Below, piece by piece: positions 28,816 through 44,697 of a stretch of DNA of 64,000 nucleotides; positions within the stretch are counted from its first letter, which is position 1, and each line of letters starts with the position of its first letter. The notes under the pieces were generated by a model. It did no database searches, was not told the DNA's origin, and saw only the letters and a list, made by a program, of their open reading frames with translations. The stretch spans positions 41,168,001 to 41,232,000 of the forward strand of contig OZ024747.1 in the NCBI GenBank assembly GCA_964016885.1, given 5' to 3'. The translations under genes were made by a program, and so were the position numbers. Origin of the DNA: Eledone cirrhosa. Its lineage: Eukaryota.

Positions 28816-29538
28816 GGGGTTGTTTCTTGTATGGGCTTCTGTGTAAGGTAAATTTACGATCCCATGCTTTTTGTAAACGCACACACAGGAGTTTACATTT
28901 CCTTTCTATGTTTCCTGGTACTGTATTAATTAATAAATTTATAAATATATATATGTGTGTCTGTGTATGTGTGTGTGTGTGTGTGTGTTGTTGTTGTTGT
29001 TAAAAACATGATTATGTTCAAGTTTTTGTTTTTTTATTATATTTTTTATGATTTCGAATAAAACCTTTCCTATCGATGCTAGCTACACAAATAGCATAAG
29101 TATATCACAAACACGTGACGTGTAAATTTCATGGTCAAGTTAGCTTCTAGTTTCAAATTCTGGTAAGAAAGCCATTACAATGCTGACGGAGAAAGAAAGA
29201 ACTGCATGAAATTTTATAAAGTACACATGACTACAATAACAAACGCAGTAAAGAAAAGCTCACAACAGGCATGATACTGTGAAAGTCTAAAAACGTCAAT
29301 TAAATAATGGATTTCGGAACTTTGTTGTTCCAAACTAGCTGAATAAGGTTTATAAGAAATTTGTATTAAAACTAGAACATAGTCGAGTTTTTGACAACAT
29401 ATCAAAAGAAAGGTTGTTCCCCATATACACATATGTCAATAACACAAAGGCTTAGTAGTTTCTCAATTAAACAGCGCTTATTTATATATACATATAGCAT
29501 ATATACATACATATACATTTATCTACGTGTGTGTGTGT

Positions 29539-29592
<54 letters not shown>

Positions 29593-29797
29593 CTATATCG
29601 GAGAAAGCTTTTTAGCGATACTCCGGCCAAATTCCAACTCACTCAACAAACATTAGGAAATAAGTGATTATATTCCCAATTATGTGTTCAGGGTGCTAAC
29701 TAAAAGTATTGCGTGGAAAATTGGCTGTATTATTTCAAATGAGACATATCTAATATATCTCTTCCCAGACGGACGTCTCGTTTCATTATAGGACTCC

Positions 29798-29839
<42 letters not shown>

Positions 29840-30014
29840 ATGGCAATTCTATTATTAACACCATCCAACCATTCCTTTCAAAGGGTCATGACCTCAACTA
29901 AAATGAATTATTTTTCATCTTAACATCATATGGAAAAAAACAATCTGATTGGTTAGATCTTCAACTACCTCCAAACATAATACTAATTTACTACTAATTT
30001 TGAATAAAATTATT

Positions 30015-30154
30015 ATTGCTTTTGACAACAGCTGGTGATATGCATGTAAGTAAATATTTTCTTTATCTGATATTTTGTAACTAGCCTTACATAGATCGAT
30101 ATCGAAGTATAGTTACAATGTATTATCATCACCTAGAAACGATCGTAAAGCAGT
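30015..30154 (+). ncRNA. Type I hammerhead ribozyme, U3-A8 variant, long stem II
   Basis: attgctt TTGACAA cagctggtgata...tatcatcaccta GAAAC GATC GTA aagcagt. Stem I is 7 bp including one G-U pair. Confidence 0.6.
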
Positions 30155-30330
30155 GAAGTATATTTCTAATGACTTGATGTTTTATTTAATTGTTTTAACT
30201 TATATCATGACTCTGTTTTCCTTTTAATGTTTTATTGTTTTCCGGGATTTATTTTAACCTACAACATTTTCGACATATGGATTACATTGAGTTCTTCATG
30301 CAGACTAGACCCCACAACTTACCGTGGATA

Positions 30331-30382
<52 letters not shown>

Positions 30383-31000
30383 CGTGTGTGTATGTGTATG
30401 TGTGTGTGTGTGTCATATCAACATTTGTGTTTCCTAAAGTAGTTTGCGTGTCTATCCTTTTATGTATATTAAAGTACAATATTCTAGCCATACTTCAGGG
30501 TAATGAGCACTTTTTATCTATATACTAAAATATTATTGTGAAACATACATACATACATACATATATACATATATACATGCATACATACATACATACATAC
30601 ATACATACATACATACATACATACATACATACATACATACATACATGCTGACAGACAGGCAGACATGCAGACATGCATATGCTAAAGATTACAATTTTTG
30701 TCAACGCGCAGCAGCAGAAACATCAGTTGTAAGGGATTATTTTTATAAGAAAAAGCATTACCATTGATACTGTATTACAGTAGAGAGGCGACCTAGATAT
30801 TATTATATTTAACATTTTGTTGTCTTAATATCAAATACTACAGACATCGGCTTTATTTTTCCTTATAGTTTCCTTATAAAATATGTACTAATGCTGCATA
30901 CCGGAACTAAAGCAATCGACTATGTTCCTTCGTCTTACAAAAGAATATGAAAAGAAAAAGCATTATTTTAGAATTACAATCCATTGAACTTTGTTTTTAT

Positions 31001-31042
<42 letters not shown>

Positions 31043-31052
31043 ACAATAGATT

Positions 31053-31152
31053 AATTGTTTCTACTTTTGGTACAAGGCCAGCAAATACCCAATGCATTAC
31101 TGGTACTTTATTCTGTCGACCCCGGAAGGATGAAAGGCAAAGTTAACCTCGG
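31053..31152 (-). mobile_element. SINE family 1, partial
   Basis: 3' half homolog. Confidence 0.8.
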
Positions 31153-31218
31153 CGGGATTTGAACTCAGATCATACAATATATTAATAAACGGAAACTATA
31201 TTTATAAAACCATATTTA

Positions 31219-31280
31219 TTTTATTATACATATTTCAAGGGCAACCAAGGCAAATTATGGTGCGCTTTCATCAGATAAAA
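31219..31280 (-). ncRNA. Type I hammerhead ribozyme (family C)
   Basis: Minus strand reads ttttat CTGATGA aagcgcacca...tggttgccctt GAAA TATGTA TA ataaaa. Homolog at 44351-44411. Confidence 0.65.
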
Positions 31281-31422
31281 TACAGATTTGTTTTATAAAT
31301 AAATATTGACATACCCGGAAAAAAGACAACCTTAACGGTTGGAGCTTCCTGGATATGAGTGCTTTATATCAGTTATAAAAATGTTTAAGCTTGTTGAATC
31401 CCAACAAATTAAATATAACTTC

Positions 31423-31469
<47 letters not shown>

Positions 31470-31474
<5 letters not shown>

Positions 31475-31661
31475 AACAAGTAAGACCCCGACGGCTGAGC
31501 TCAAGCCGTTTCGACGGCTAATTCTGGACAGAATTAGCCGTCGAAACGGCTTAAGCTCAGCCGTCGGGGTCTTACTTGTTCCTATTACCCACTCTACTAC
31601 CCTAAGTATTGAGTACTTTGGTGCGTTATGGTCCACCTGGTTCCTTACCACATTTCCTTCG

Positions 31662-31708
<47 letters not shown>

Positions 31709-31755
31709 GAAGGAAATGTGGTAAGGAACCAGGTGGACCATAACGCACCAAAGTT
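31470..31755 (+). mobile_element. Fold-back element family A, plus a short inverted 3'-end copy (31706-31755), inside (TA)n
   Basis: Palindrome centred at ~31530, homologous to 9024-9212. Confidence 0.75.
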
Positions 31756-31836
31756 ATATATATATATATATATATATATATTTCAGGATTAAACCAGTAT
31801 TATTCTAGTAAGACAATTATTCAACAGAGTACGCGA

Positions 31837-31955
<119 letters not shown>

Positions 31956-32221
31956 ATAGTCAGAGATAGAAAGACAGAGTGAGAGGGGGAGACAGAAAGA
32001 GAGGGAAGGGAGAAAAAGAAGGAGGCATGTAGTAGTTAGAACATCCAAAATTGTGTAGAGAACTTGATCTTGTGAGATTACATCGGCTTCACATCTTAAA
32101 TACATATATAAGTCATTCTGTAATGATTGACGCCTAATCTTAACAGTCTTCTTCTTACAACAACTGTTCATGAATGGACTGCGATATACAAGGTGTCTAT
32201 AAAGTCACTATAAATCATATA

Positions 32222-32640
<419 letters not shown>

Positions 32641-32654
32641 GGTACCTCTACTCT

Positions 32655-32897
32655 AGCCATATTCTGCGTCTGCCAAATGAACGTCATTCGAAAACACTGA
32701 TGAACTGGACTCCGCCTGGCGGTAAACGAAGGCGGGTTGCCCAAGGATCACCTTGCGACGAACGTTCCGGAGGGACCTGATGGCAGCCAACATCACCTGA
32801 CACGGTCTCGAAAAAGTTGCCGCTGATCGTGACCGTTGGCGAGTACTTAGTGCTCGATGCGCCGAACGGCGCGGAAGAATCTAAGACTAAGACTACT
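32655..32897 (+). mobile_element. RTE-like LINE 3' end
   Basis: HILRLPNER..NWTPPGGKRRR followed by a (ctaaga)n tail. Confidence 0.65.
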
Positions 32898-33147
32898 CTA
32901 GCACTCCCATTCACTCGTCTCTCTTCCTTTCATCACCTGTGTTTTATCATTCCAATTTCCGTGACGTGAAGGGACTGAGAGCACAAGACTTCCCTCTCCC
33001 TATTGACAATTTAACTAGTATTACGACTGTACACATATCTCATATTTCGCCAGTTTGTTTGGCATGTGTGTCTATTATTATTCGTTGACAATTTCTCTAT
33101 AACTCGTTTGAAAATATTATTCATTCCTTACATGACTATACAAAGAC

Positions 33148-33420
33148 ATGGTGGTTTTGGTGTTCAGCTCATGATCATAAGGTCATGAGATCAATCCCTA
33201 GACAAGTGATCGAGTTAAGTGGAAAACATTGTATATCATGTTGCTCCAATCCACTCAGCTAAAAAGAACTGAATACCTGCATCTGTGATGGACCTTGTGA
33301 CAGACTGGCATACTGTCCATAGAGAAATCTTGTTCTCTCAATACATTTAACACCAAGGAAGTTGAAATAAGCTCCGGTCTTGTGAGCATTTTGGCTTGGC
33401 ACAAACTAACTTACTTAAAT
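33148..33420 (+). mobile_element. SINE family 2, diverged; related copies at ~39390-39480, ~61715-61910 and ~63930-64000
   Basis: tRNA-like head and the shared motif ctttatttcacgttgctcc. Confidence 0.5.
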
Positions 33421-36400
33421 ATAACGAGAAAGTTTATTCCTTCTCATAAACTTCGAGTGATGATTATAAAATTTAGAATATTCTTATTCTATTTAAAATC
33501 AAAGATTTGATGTGAAAGAAAAAGATGCAACATAAATAAAATGAGCAAAAGAGAGATAACTAGATTGGAGCAAATGCATGAATTAGATAATTTCAGATGT
33601 GATACACTGAACGATGTACGCAAAAAGTTCTCCATTAATTCAAATTATTTACTCAATTGTTGAAAGAATACAAAAGTCTAAAATAGTTGTTAGTGACTGT
33701 CAAAGTAAACGGTAGATAATTTCAAGAAATTAAGATTTAATTTCACTAAATTAAATTAAATGCTTAGAGAAAAAATGTAATCTTTGTTTACATCAAAATA
33801 GACAACGATGAGCATTTTTTCGCCTCTGCATTGTGAATTCAAATCTCGCCTAGGTCCACTTTCCATGCCATTCTCTCGGGTTCGATTAATAAAACGTGAG
33901 TCCAGGGGTGATGGATTTGTGTAAATTATTAAAGAATCGAACGAAATGCTTTGCTGTATCTTTTCCGGCTCGTATCTTTTCCGGCTGTATCTTTTCTGTC
34001 TCCTGTCGGAAGATAAGCGGTAGTGCTTCTGGCACGAGTTGCGACTGCCAGATAGTAAAAATAATGGACAAAAATAATGAAAACATAGTTCCCTTGGTCC
34101 GATCTAATGATTGGCTGCTTCCCTTCGGTCTAATAAAACTACACAAGCATAGTATAGTATATCAAGCCTGTTTAATTAGTTAATTAGTAGGCAATACAGC
34201 TTATTTCTTCCGGAGAAGAAGAGTAAGTGATAAAAAGGAAGGGAGAAAAGATATGGAAGAAGAATCTGTTCTCAGAGGGATGAAAGGCAAAGTTGAACTC
34301 GGAGCACGACGAGCCGCAAGGAATTCGGCTGCTTCTGGGGTATAGTCTGTGTAGGGGGCGGGGGGTTAAAGGGAACAGTAGAAAAACTTCAAGTTTTGTT
34401 CATCTTGCCATTACTGTTACATAGCATTTTTACAAATACCAATTGAAAAGAAGAAAATAGAATTTATAATCAATATAATCTAATAATATAGATACATGGT
34501 ATGGTGTGCTTTGAGCATTTGATCTCTCTTGGCACCAGAGAGAATGAAGATAGCTATCTCTATTCAACGATGTCTCGTGTATAAATATTATGTTCTCATG
34601 TATAAATACACTATCCTACAGCATTCCTCTAGCTTTACATTTGATGAACAGTCCCAGAGCTTACAGCAAATGTTCTGAATACTTTCACTTATTGTTATAA
34701 TCAAATACCGTTGTTGTTGCTATTATTATTGTTGTTGTTTTTCTTGTTGTTATCGTCATCATCATTATGGTAGTCGTTGTTGTTATCGTTATTGTTATTA
34801 CACTGTCTGAGTCTGAGAAGATAAGGATTTGTACGAAATCATTGCCTAGTTTTTACACAAATCATTCGTGTATGCTGATCATAAATATAAATTTGGAAGA
34901 TTGAAAACTGTCGGTGTTGGTGGCATTTCAATTGAAGATTCGTAATTGAAAATGCCATCTATTGAAAGAATATAAAACTGAAATCTGTTCATGTGATTAA
35001 ATACACATAAATAATATCATCAATTCCTACTTTCTGTACCACGGGGACTATTCACTCGCGAGAAAACTAAGAGATTGAAATGTAACTGCTTTTACCATGC
35101 CACAATGCCAATCAGGGTATACAGCCTGCCTTTTTGTTCTGCTAGTAGAAAGCCTGCTGCCAATTTCTTATTAAAGGTTGCTTCTCCTATACTATCCTGA
35201 GTTCAGTAATAGGCATCAAACCACTTTTTGCCTCCTTTAAGAATATGTTAGTTTGATACTTTTTTATTATAGTCTTGTATAATGTCAGTGATTCTGTTTT
35301 GTCTGTACGTTAAGAAGCCGTACATTACTTATGGCCCAATATAAAGAAATTCTACAACATACCTATAGCAGTATTATCCACTATGTTCGTATTCCTATAC
35401 AATTCGCCAACTTCATTTTTCCTCATATTTCTTATTATTCGGTTTCTCCTCATTATAAATTAAGTTAAGAGCCCCCTTAACTTCCCGATAGAGTCATAGG
35501 GCGCGGTCCTGGCAGGGCGGTCTATGGTATTTTAAACCTGGCGTAGCCCATCCCCGCTTTAGGTGGGAGGCAGTCGATTTCTTCAATAGAAAGAAATAGA
35601 GAGGGAAAACTAACCCTGGGTTGACCTCGGGGGAAATTAAACTCAGAACGCAGTAAGCCGGAACAAACACCAAAGCATTTTTAATCGGCCACCCCCACCC
35701 CAACGACTCTATCAATTCGTCACATTCTGCCTAATAATAAATCTTTGAATAATTCTTCTTTTCTTGCAATCTTTACGTTTGGACCTTTTCTCTATTTTAT
35801 TCCCCCCTGACATTTATCCTGCTAAGACTACTACTTCACATTTTATTTCCCATCATTTCTTCCTTCTACTGTTTTCTCTATTCACCTATTATTTCTATGT
35901 TTCTCTGTCTTCCTTGGTTTATTAATTCTGTTATACTCCTTCTTTCTACTATCTTTTTCTCATCTAATGAAATTTTTAACTCACAAATAATTGTTTCCCT
36001 GTCAGCCACAATTTTAACGATTAATTAGATCTCAATAATTAAAACAACAAAATTATAGCCTTTAATTTTTTAAGTTATCATACTTAATTCTTTAGATATG
36101 CTGGAAACGAAACTTTGGTTAGGATCATCAATACATGTGGATTCCAGATTAAAATCTCACAAATATATTATCTCCAGTGATTTCGTTTCATTGTAATTTT
36201 ATTACTATTTCATTGCTTTGCACAAATAACTGAAGCCACTCTTTTATTTCATACTACCTATTCTAACTAAATAAACTTTCAGTCATATCCCTTCTGCACG
36301 CAAAACGACGATTTAATCTAAAAATGACTATACTCTAACTACACTAGTTCGAAAAAACTTTCACATCCTTCTCCAAGTCTGAACACAGTCGATTTCTTCC

Positions 36401-37107
36401 AGAAAAGAGAGAAAGAGAGAATCGACCTCAGTAGTGGATTAGTACTTTATTTATCGAAAGAATGAAAGACAAAGTTGATCTCTGTGGATTTTAAATTCAG
36501 AATGCAATGAGCAGGAGTGGCGTACTGAGACATTTTAATCTGGTGTTGTAATGACTCAGCCAATTTGCCGCCTTCGTAATTCTCTACTAGTAAATATTTA
36601 ATTTCCAGTAAATCACAGGAATAGTTATGACACTTCGGTGTTTGCCCGACAAACTGGTTTTTTTTTTTTTTCTTCAATACCAGAATCGTATACAACCAAA
36701 TCTCAGCATTAGCTAATATAATTTCTCATGCTTGATGTGTTTATGAATTTCTCTGTATATTTACATACAGTTTTAGAGACGTACGAACCAGAAGAAAATG
36801 AGATTATTTACCAGAATATCTTTCTGTCTCCAAAATAGCGACTCAAATCCATGAATGTCACAAAGCTTCACTCTGTGTTTAAATATAATCTATTTTAGGT
36901 AGAATGATGAAATCTGCTTTGACGTAAAATAACAGATTATTTTTAGCTGTTTTGGTTGTTTACTGATGCTTTTGGTTGTTTTCAGATATGCTAGACTGTA
37001 ACGATGCCATGGCACTGCATTCAAAGATTTTATAGGATTATATTAACACCAATGATTTTTCTGATGCTTATTTTATTAGCGACTTTTTGTCAAAAGTAGA
37101 CTCACAA

Positions 37108-37170
<63 letters not shown>

Positions 37171-37173
<3 letters not shown>

Positions 37174-37365
37174 CGAAGGAGGTGTGGTAAGGAACCAGAT
37201 GGACCATAACGCACCAGAGTACACAATACTTAGGGTAGTAGAGTGGGTAATAGGAAAATGTTTAACCCCGACGGCAGAACTCAAGCCGTTTCGACGGCTA
37301 TTTCTGGACCCAAATAGCCGTCGAAACAGCTTGAGCTCTGCCGTCGAGGTTAAACATTTTCCTAT
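37171..37365 (-). mobile_element. Fold-back element family A, diverged subfamily, inside (TA)n
   Basis: Palindrome centred at ~37307. The unique arm is the reverse complement of the family A 3' extension. Confidence 0.75.
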
Positions 37366-37506
37366 ATATATATATATAAATGAAAAGTATAGAAATTGTT
37401 GTAGCGTGAAGCTAACAGTATTCCATAACATATATATATATATCAACTAGAAATACTGGATATGGCGCATGTCTCTCAGACATGACAACCCTTAATTTAA
37501 TCTTGG

Positions 37507-37600
<94 letters not shown>

Positions 37601-38249
37601 TTGTGTGACAGACTTCAGCATGGTCTTCCCTTACCAAATTTTACTCACAAGGCATCGAAATAGTGGTGTATCTTTTACTTACTAAGATGTTACATCTATT
37701 GTATGTCACTCTTTACGCACAGTGCATCCAATGGATTTTTATCATATCTTGCTCGGCTTGTATCCGAGTATATATTGTAATTCTTACTCATTAGAAAATG
37801 GGTGGTGAAGCTAAAGAAAAAATAACGAATTAATGCTCAAGGAAATTAAACATATTTCAATATTCATTCATCAATATCTTTTTAATCGATAATTTAGTTA
37901 TTTTTGTTTTCAGTTATTAGAGTGTCGGACAAAATGGTTTCCGATATATCCGATATTTCTTCCGGCACTTTAAGTCTGTGTTCAAACCCAGCCAAGGTCA
38001 ACTTTACGCTTGCATCCTTCTGGTGTCGATAAATTAGAATACCGATCGATATAATCGGTTTCCGCTTCCTCTCCAAAAAAGGGAAATAATTATTATTTTC
38101 ACTAACATTATGATGATTGTTGTTTCTCTACTGATATCCGGTGCTTCAATATCTGTATTCGGTTTTATGGACGATTATCCCTAGGGAAATAAGTTCACTA
38201 TACCGAATTAGAATATCCAAAGGTTGGTACATATTAATTATAATAATAA

Positions 38250-38462
38250 GGGTGATCGATTGCCAGTAATCGGTAGATCATCGGACAATATGCTTTATAG
38301 TTAGGCCTTTTACGTTCTGAGTTTAAATCCCGCTGAGGTTAGCTTTACTTATCATCCATACGGGGTCGATAAAATAAAGTACCAGTAACGCACTGGGGTC
38401 GATTTAATCGACTTTACCCTCCCCAAAAATTGTTGACCTTGTGTCTAAATCAGAGACCATTA
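38250..38462 (+). mobile_element. SINE family 1
   Basis: B-box gagtttaaatccc and core catccatacggggtcgataaaataaagtacc. Confidence 0.8.
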
Positions 38463-39583
38463 ATTATAACAATGAGAGTAAAGTGTTTATGACCTTGAAT
38501 CCTTTTCTTACATTAACTTAAATGAAAAGTACTTCATACTTGGTGCTACCATATGAACGAGCTTAGTCTACATGTTGTTGTTCCTGCATTTCTTTGATTA
38601 CACTGATAATAATTTTGAATAGAGCAAAAACATCCCAATTGTCATCTTGAAATAGCTCAATAAATATCGAGGAGTCTGTGTGCTATAATGTCCTCCATGT
38701 TTGTACATTCTTATGTGTATTCCTTGTGGTTACACATTTAATGTTATGACAAGGTGGCGAGAAGGTTTAGATGTCTTCTCCTTCGCCCACTTATTCCTGG
38801 GAGGGTATTAGGAGCAGAGTCCTCAAAAGCTCCTTCTAGTAGGGTCCTATCAGAAACAACTATTTCCAACTGATCCGGCTCAATCCCCGAGCGAGACCAG
38901 CCGGGATTATGGATGTTATCCAACCATATGCTCCTAAAACCAGTCGAGCTATTCGTTCCTTGGACATTCTAAACTCATGCCCGTAATATCGGAGCTATGA
39001 TCCCTCAATTTGGAGAAGTAGTGACTCTACCTCGAGCGACTCTTTCATCTCCGAGCTACGCACTCTATCGAGTAACGTTACTTCATAGACTCATCGGAGG
39101 ACCCCATTTCGAACATATGTATTCGTGATCGTATTCTTTCGGTCACCCCCTAAGATTCATGACCATAGGGATGGTATTGCGAAGGGTATCGGTAATTAAC
39201 CACGGTTAAATAAGGTATCCAAGGCGTTAGTAGAAAATAAACATATTCATTATATAGAAATGATTTCTACAGCACTAAAACTGTTTCATTCATATAAAAT
39301 CATGGTTTCATCCTAAGAACGAAATAGCTCTAATCATGTAAAAGTCATTTCTATATCATATATATATATATATATATACACGCACAAATTTGGATTCGTA
39401 ATCTTGAGGTTGTGTGTTCGATTCCTGAACCAGGCGATGCGTTATGTCCTTGAGCAAGACACTTTATTTCACGTTGCTCCTTCTACCTGGAGTTGCGACC
39501 GATAGATAGTATTAGCAATTGGAAAGACCAACGGAAACATTGTTTCCTCGGTCCGATTTGACGAAAGTCGATCGTTCCTTATA

Positions 39584-39625
<42 letters not shown>

Positions 39626-39747
39626 AAATTAAGATAAATTAAATGAATTTAATCTAAATCAAAATTATGGGTGTCATGCCAGAAAGGCATGCGCCATATC
39701 ACCCGGAAAATAAGCTCTAAGATTCTAGCGAGTAGGTCTGAGCATTT

Positions 39748-40090
39748 TATAATAACTAGAAATTGATTAACATATATATAAACATGAATAATCACAGGAG
39801 ATAATTTTTACAAGTGTGTAACCACACATAGCTAGGTAGGTAACTAAATAAAGTTGACTAGAACTTCAAAAATAGATACCTTATAATATGATTAATCTTC
39901 CCTGTATATATTCCATTAAAGAAATATATTTCACCAATTAATCAGATGGTAAACCACGGAAGTGGATATTTTGATTTTCAATAAATTTATTTAGTTACCT
40001 ACCTAGCTATGTGTGGTTACACACTTGTAAAAATTATCTCCTGTGATTATTCATGTTTATATATATGTTAATCAATTTCTAGTTATTATA
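39748..40090. repeat. Inverted repeat with ~105-bp arms abutting (TA)n
   Basis: 39748-39852 is the reverse complement of 39985-40090. Confidence 0.75.
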
Positions 40091-40185
40091 TATATATATA
40101 TATATATATATAAAGGACGTAAAATAAGAAAATATTTTTTTAAAAAAATTTAAAAAAAAATTTTTTTTTACTTACTTAAATTTTC

Positions 40186-40267
40186 ACTCCAACTAATTAG
40201 TTTCTGCAATGGGATAAAGACAGTTACGTAATACAACTGTCGAGAATTCATTGCGTCATCAGGGAGT
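40186..40267 (-). ncRNA. Type I hammerhead ribozyme (inverted copy)
   Basis: Reverse complement of 41165-41246. Confidence 0.75.
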
Positions 40268-41164
40268 CTATTCTCAGTTAAGTCTCCAGGCAATGCGCGG
40301 ACACTGGCGGCTCATATAAAAATAATAATAATTCGGTAGATCGAACAGCTTGCGAGGACTGGATTCTATGTACCGAAATTCTCACTGCTTCAAGTCAAAT
40401 GGCCGATTCTAAAGAATCAATCACGTGACACAGAGGCTAGTTAGAAGGAATGGGATGGTAAGATGACTGACGCCTACTAACACCCCAAAAAAAATTTTTT
40501 TAGAAGTGGTTTTGACAAGTTTGCTCGACAAATCAGTGATTTGGAGATAAATATAGATAATTTAATATATCAACTAACATAAGCGCACAGATGCACGCCC
40601 ATGCCAGCAAATACACAGGTTATGTCATAGTACCTAGGTGGTTCAATGCAGGAGAATGCAGAACAATAATATAAAGGACGTAAAATAAGAAAATATTTTT
40701 TTAAAAAAAATTTTAAAAAAATTTAAAAAAAAAAAATATTTTCTTATTTTACGTCCTTTATATTATTGTTCTGCATTCTCCTGCATTGAACCACCTAGGT
40801 ACTATGACATAACCTGTGTATTTGCTGGCATGGGCGTGCATCTGTGCGCTTATGTTAGTTGATATATTAAATTATCTATATTTATCTCCAAATCACTGAT
40901 TTGTCGAGCAAACTTGTCAAAACCACTTCTAAAAAAATTTTTTTTGGGGTGTTAGTAGGCGTCAGTCATCTTACCATCCCATTCCTTCTAACTAGCCTCT
41001 GTGTCACGTGATTGATTCTTTAGAATCGGCCATTTGACTTGAAGCAGTGAGAATTTCGGTACATAGAATCCAGTCCTCGCAAGCTGTTCGATCTACCGAA
41101 TTATTATTATTTTTATATGAGCCGCCAGTGTCCGCGCATTGCCTGGAGACTTAACTGAGAATAG

Positions 41165-41246
41165 ACTCCCTGATGACGCAATGAATTCTCGACAGTTGTA
41201 TTACGTAACTGTCTTTATCCCATTGCAGAAACTAATTAGTTGGAGT
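41165..41246 (+). ncRNA. Type I hammerhead ribozyme
   Basis: actcc CTGATGA c-gcaatg...gacagtt..aactgtc...cattgc-a GAAAC TAATTA GTT ggagt. Stem III is the palindrome ACTAATTAGT and the site is GUU. Confidence 0.8.
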
Positions 41247-41725
41247 GAAAATTTAAGTAAGTAAAAAAAATTTTTTTTTTAATTTTTTTTAAAAAAATAT
41301 TTTCTTATTTTACGTCCTTTATATTATTGTTCTGCATTCTCCTGCATTGAACCACCTAGGTACTATGACATAACCTGTGTATTTGCTGGCATGGGCGTGC
41401 ATCTGTGCGCTTATGTTAGTTGATATATTAAATTATCTATATTTATCTCCAAATCACTGATTTGTCGAGCAAACTTGTCAAAACCACTTCTAAAAAAATT
41501 TTTTTTGGGGTGTTAGTAGGCGTCAGTCATCTTACCATCCCATTCCTTCTAACTAGCCTCTGTGTCACGTGATTGATTCTTTAGAATCGGCCATTTGACT
41601 TGAAGCAGTGAGAATTTCGGTACATAGAATCCAGTCCTCGCAAGCTGTTCGATCTACCGAATTATTATTATTTTTATATGAGCCGCCAGTGTCCGCGCAT
41701 TGCCTGGAGACTTAACTGAGAATAG

Positions 41726-41807
41726 ACTCCCTGATGACGCAATGAATTCTCGACAGTTGTATTACGTAACTGTCTTTATCCCATTGCAGAAACTAATTAG
41801 TTGGAGT
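41726..41807 (+). ncRNA. Type I hammerhead ribozyme (tandem copy 2)
   Basis: Matches 41165-41246. Confidence 0.8.
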
Positions 41808-42286
41808 GAAAATTTAAGTAAGTAAAAAAAATTTTTTTTTTAAATTTTTTTAAAAAAATATTTTCTTATTTTACGTCCTTTATATTATTGTTCTGCATTC
41901 TCCTGCATTGAACCACCTAGGTACTATGACATAACCTGTGTATTTGCTGGCATGGGCGTGCATCTGTGCGCTTATGTTAGTTGATATATTAAATTATCTA
42001 TATTTATCTCCAAATCACTGATTTGTCGAGCAAACTTGTCAAAACCACTTCTAAAAAAATTTTTTTTGGGGTGTTAGTAGGCGTCAGTCATCTTACCATC
42101 CCATTCCTTCTAACTAGCCTCTGTGTCACGTGATTGATTCTTTAGAATCGGCCATTTGACTTGAAGCAGTGAGAATTTCGGTACATAGAATCCAGTCCTC
42201 GCAAGCTGTTCGATCTACCGAATTATTATTATTTTTATATGAGCCGCCAGTGTCCGCGCATTGCCTGGAGACTTAACTGAGAATAG

Positions 42287-42368
42287 ACTCCCTGATGACG
42301 CAATGAATTCTCGACAGTTGTATTACGTAACTGTCTTTATCCCATTGCAGAAACTAATTAGTTGGAGT
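42287..42368 (+). ncRNA. Type I hammerhead ribozyme (tandem copy 3)
   Basis: Matches 41165-41246. Confidence 0.8.
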
Positions 42369-42556
42369 GAAAATTTAAGTAAGTAAAAAAAAATTTTTTT
42401 TAAATTTTTTTAAAAAAATATTTTCTTATTTTACGTCCTTTATATTATTGTTCTGCATTCTCCTGCATTGAACCACCTAGGTACTATGACATAACCTGTG
42501 TATTTGCTGACATGGGCGTGCATCTGTGCGCTTATGTTAGTTGATATATTAAATTA

Positions 42557-42613
<57 letters not shown>

Positions 42614-43281
42614 GATGTGTAAGTATATATATATTATATATATGTATATCTAAGGCGCTAAATTGCACGCCAGCAAGGTGTCAGACGATGTAGGAAAACA
42701 ATTACATAAGACCAACAGACAACTACCTCGTCTGCCACCTACTGGTGCGCAATGTCGCATATTAAATAATATATATATTTATATATCCTGAATCAGTTTT
42801 CTCGTTGCTTTGGTCCCTGCGGCTGGCTTATCGGTCACAATCTTCAATTTGCAAAGCTGTCTAAACGTAATGTTATTACTCAAAGGTAAAATACCTTATT
42901 GGGTGCTTAGCTGCACATTCCGATTGCATTCGTTAGCTTAGCTGCAGTCAGAGCTTCGATTATTCTGTACTTACATTTATATATATATATGTGTTTGTGT
43001 GTGTGTGTCTGTGTGTGTCTGTGTGTGTGTGTAGTGTAGGTAGCACGGTGAAATACTGGTGTTGGTTCAACAAAAATATATCTTTTTCGCATCACCAGTC
43101 TGAGGAGCAGATCGATACTGGAGTCGGGTCCATAACTCATATAGCTCACCTTGAGCCAATCCTCTGCGAAACGCGCGTAACAGGTGGATACGCAGTAAAT
43201 ATGTTTCATGTGTAAACGAAACTTCCTCATTTTTTTTTTATTATATGGCCTCAGCCGGATGGCTGAAACAGGTAAAAGAGT

Positions 43282-44117
<836 letters not shown>

Positions 44118-44350
44118 TTTAAAGAGCTCAGGATTTCTTCTCCTTTGAACTCATTATTTACAGGGAATAGCGAGGGCCTATGCCTCCGTTAATTTATCGT
44201 GATATATATATATGCAAAAGTTCTATTTAAAATTGTTGGGATACAACAAGTAAATATTTTTATAACTGATATAAAGCACTCGACAAAAAATAATGGTTGC
44301 ATGTTAATAGGGTACGTCAAAGCTTATTTGTAAAACTGTTATATATTGTA

Positions 44351-44411
44351 TTTTGTCTGATGAAGGCATACCATAATTTAATTTTGTATCCCTGAAATAT
44401 GTATAATGAAA
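44351..44411 (+). ncRNA. Type I hammerhead ribozyme (family C)
   Basis: ttttgt CTGATGA aggcatac...gtatccct GAAA TATGTA TA atgaaa. Confidence 0.6.
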
Positions 44412-44454
44412 TAAATATGGTTTTATAAATATAGTTTCCATTTATTAATATCGT

Positions 44455-44697
<243 letters not shown>

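Larger units (their letters stand above)
40109..42560. mobile_element. ~561-bp HHR-containing unit as one inverted copy plus ~3.3 tandem direct copies (retrozyme or Penelope pseudo-LTR-like) inside (TA)n
   Basis: The marker acgtccttta recurs at 40751, 41312, 41873 and 42433. The inverted copy spans ~40109-40710. There is no listed ORF, and (TA)n lies on both sides. Confidence 0.85.

Noticed and set aside
38745-39170. Possible RTE-like fragment on the minus strand; similar hint at ~16200-16420
   Set aside because: No continuous diagnostic motif was readable by eye.
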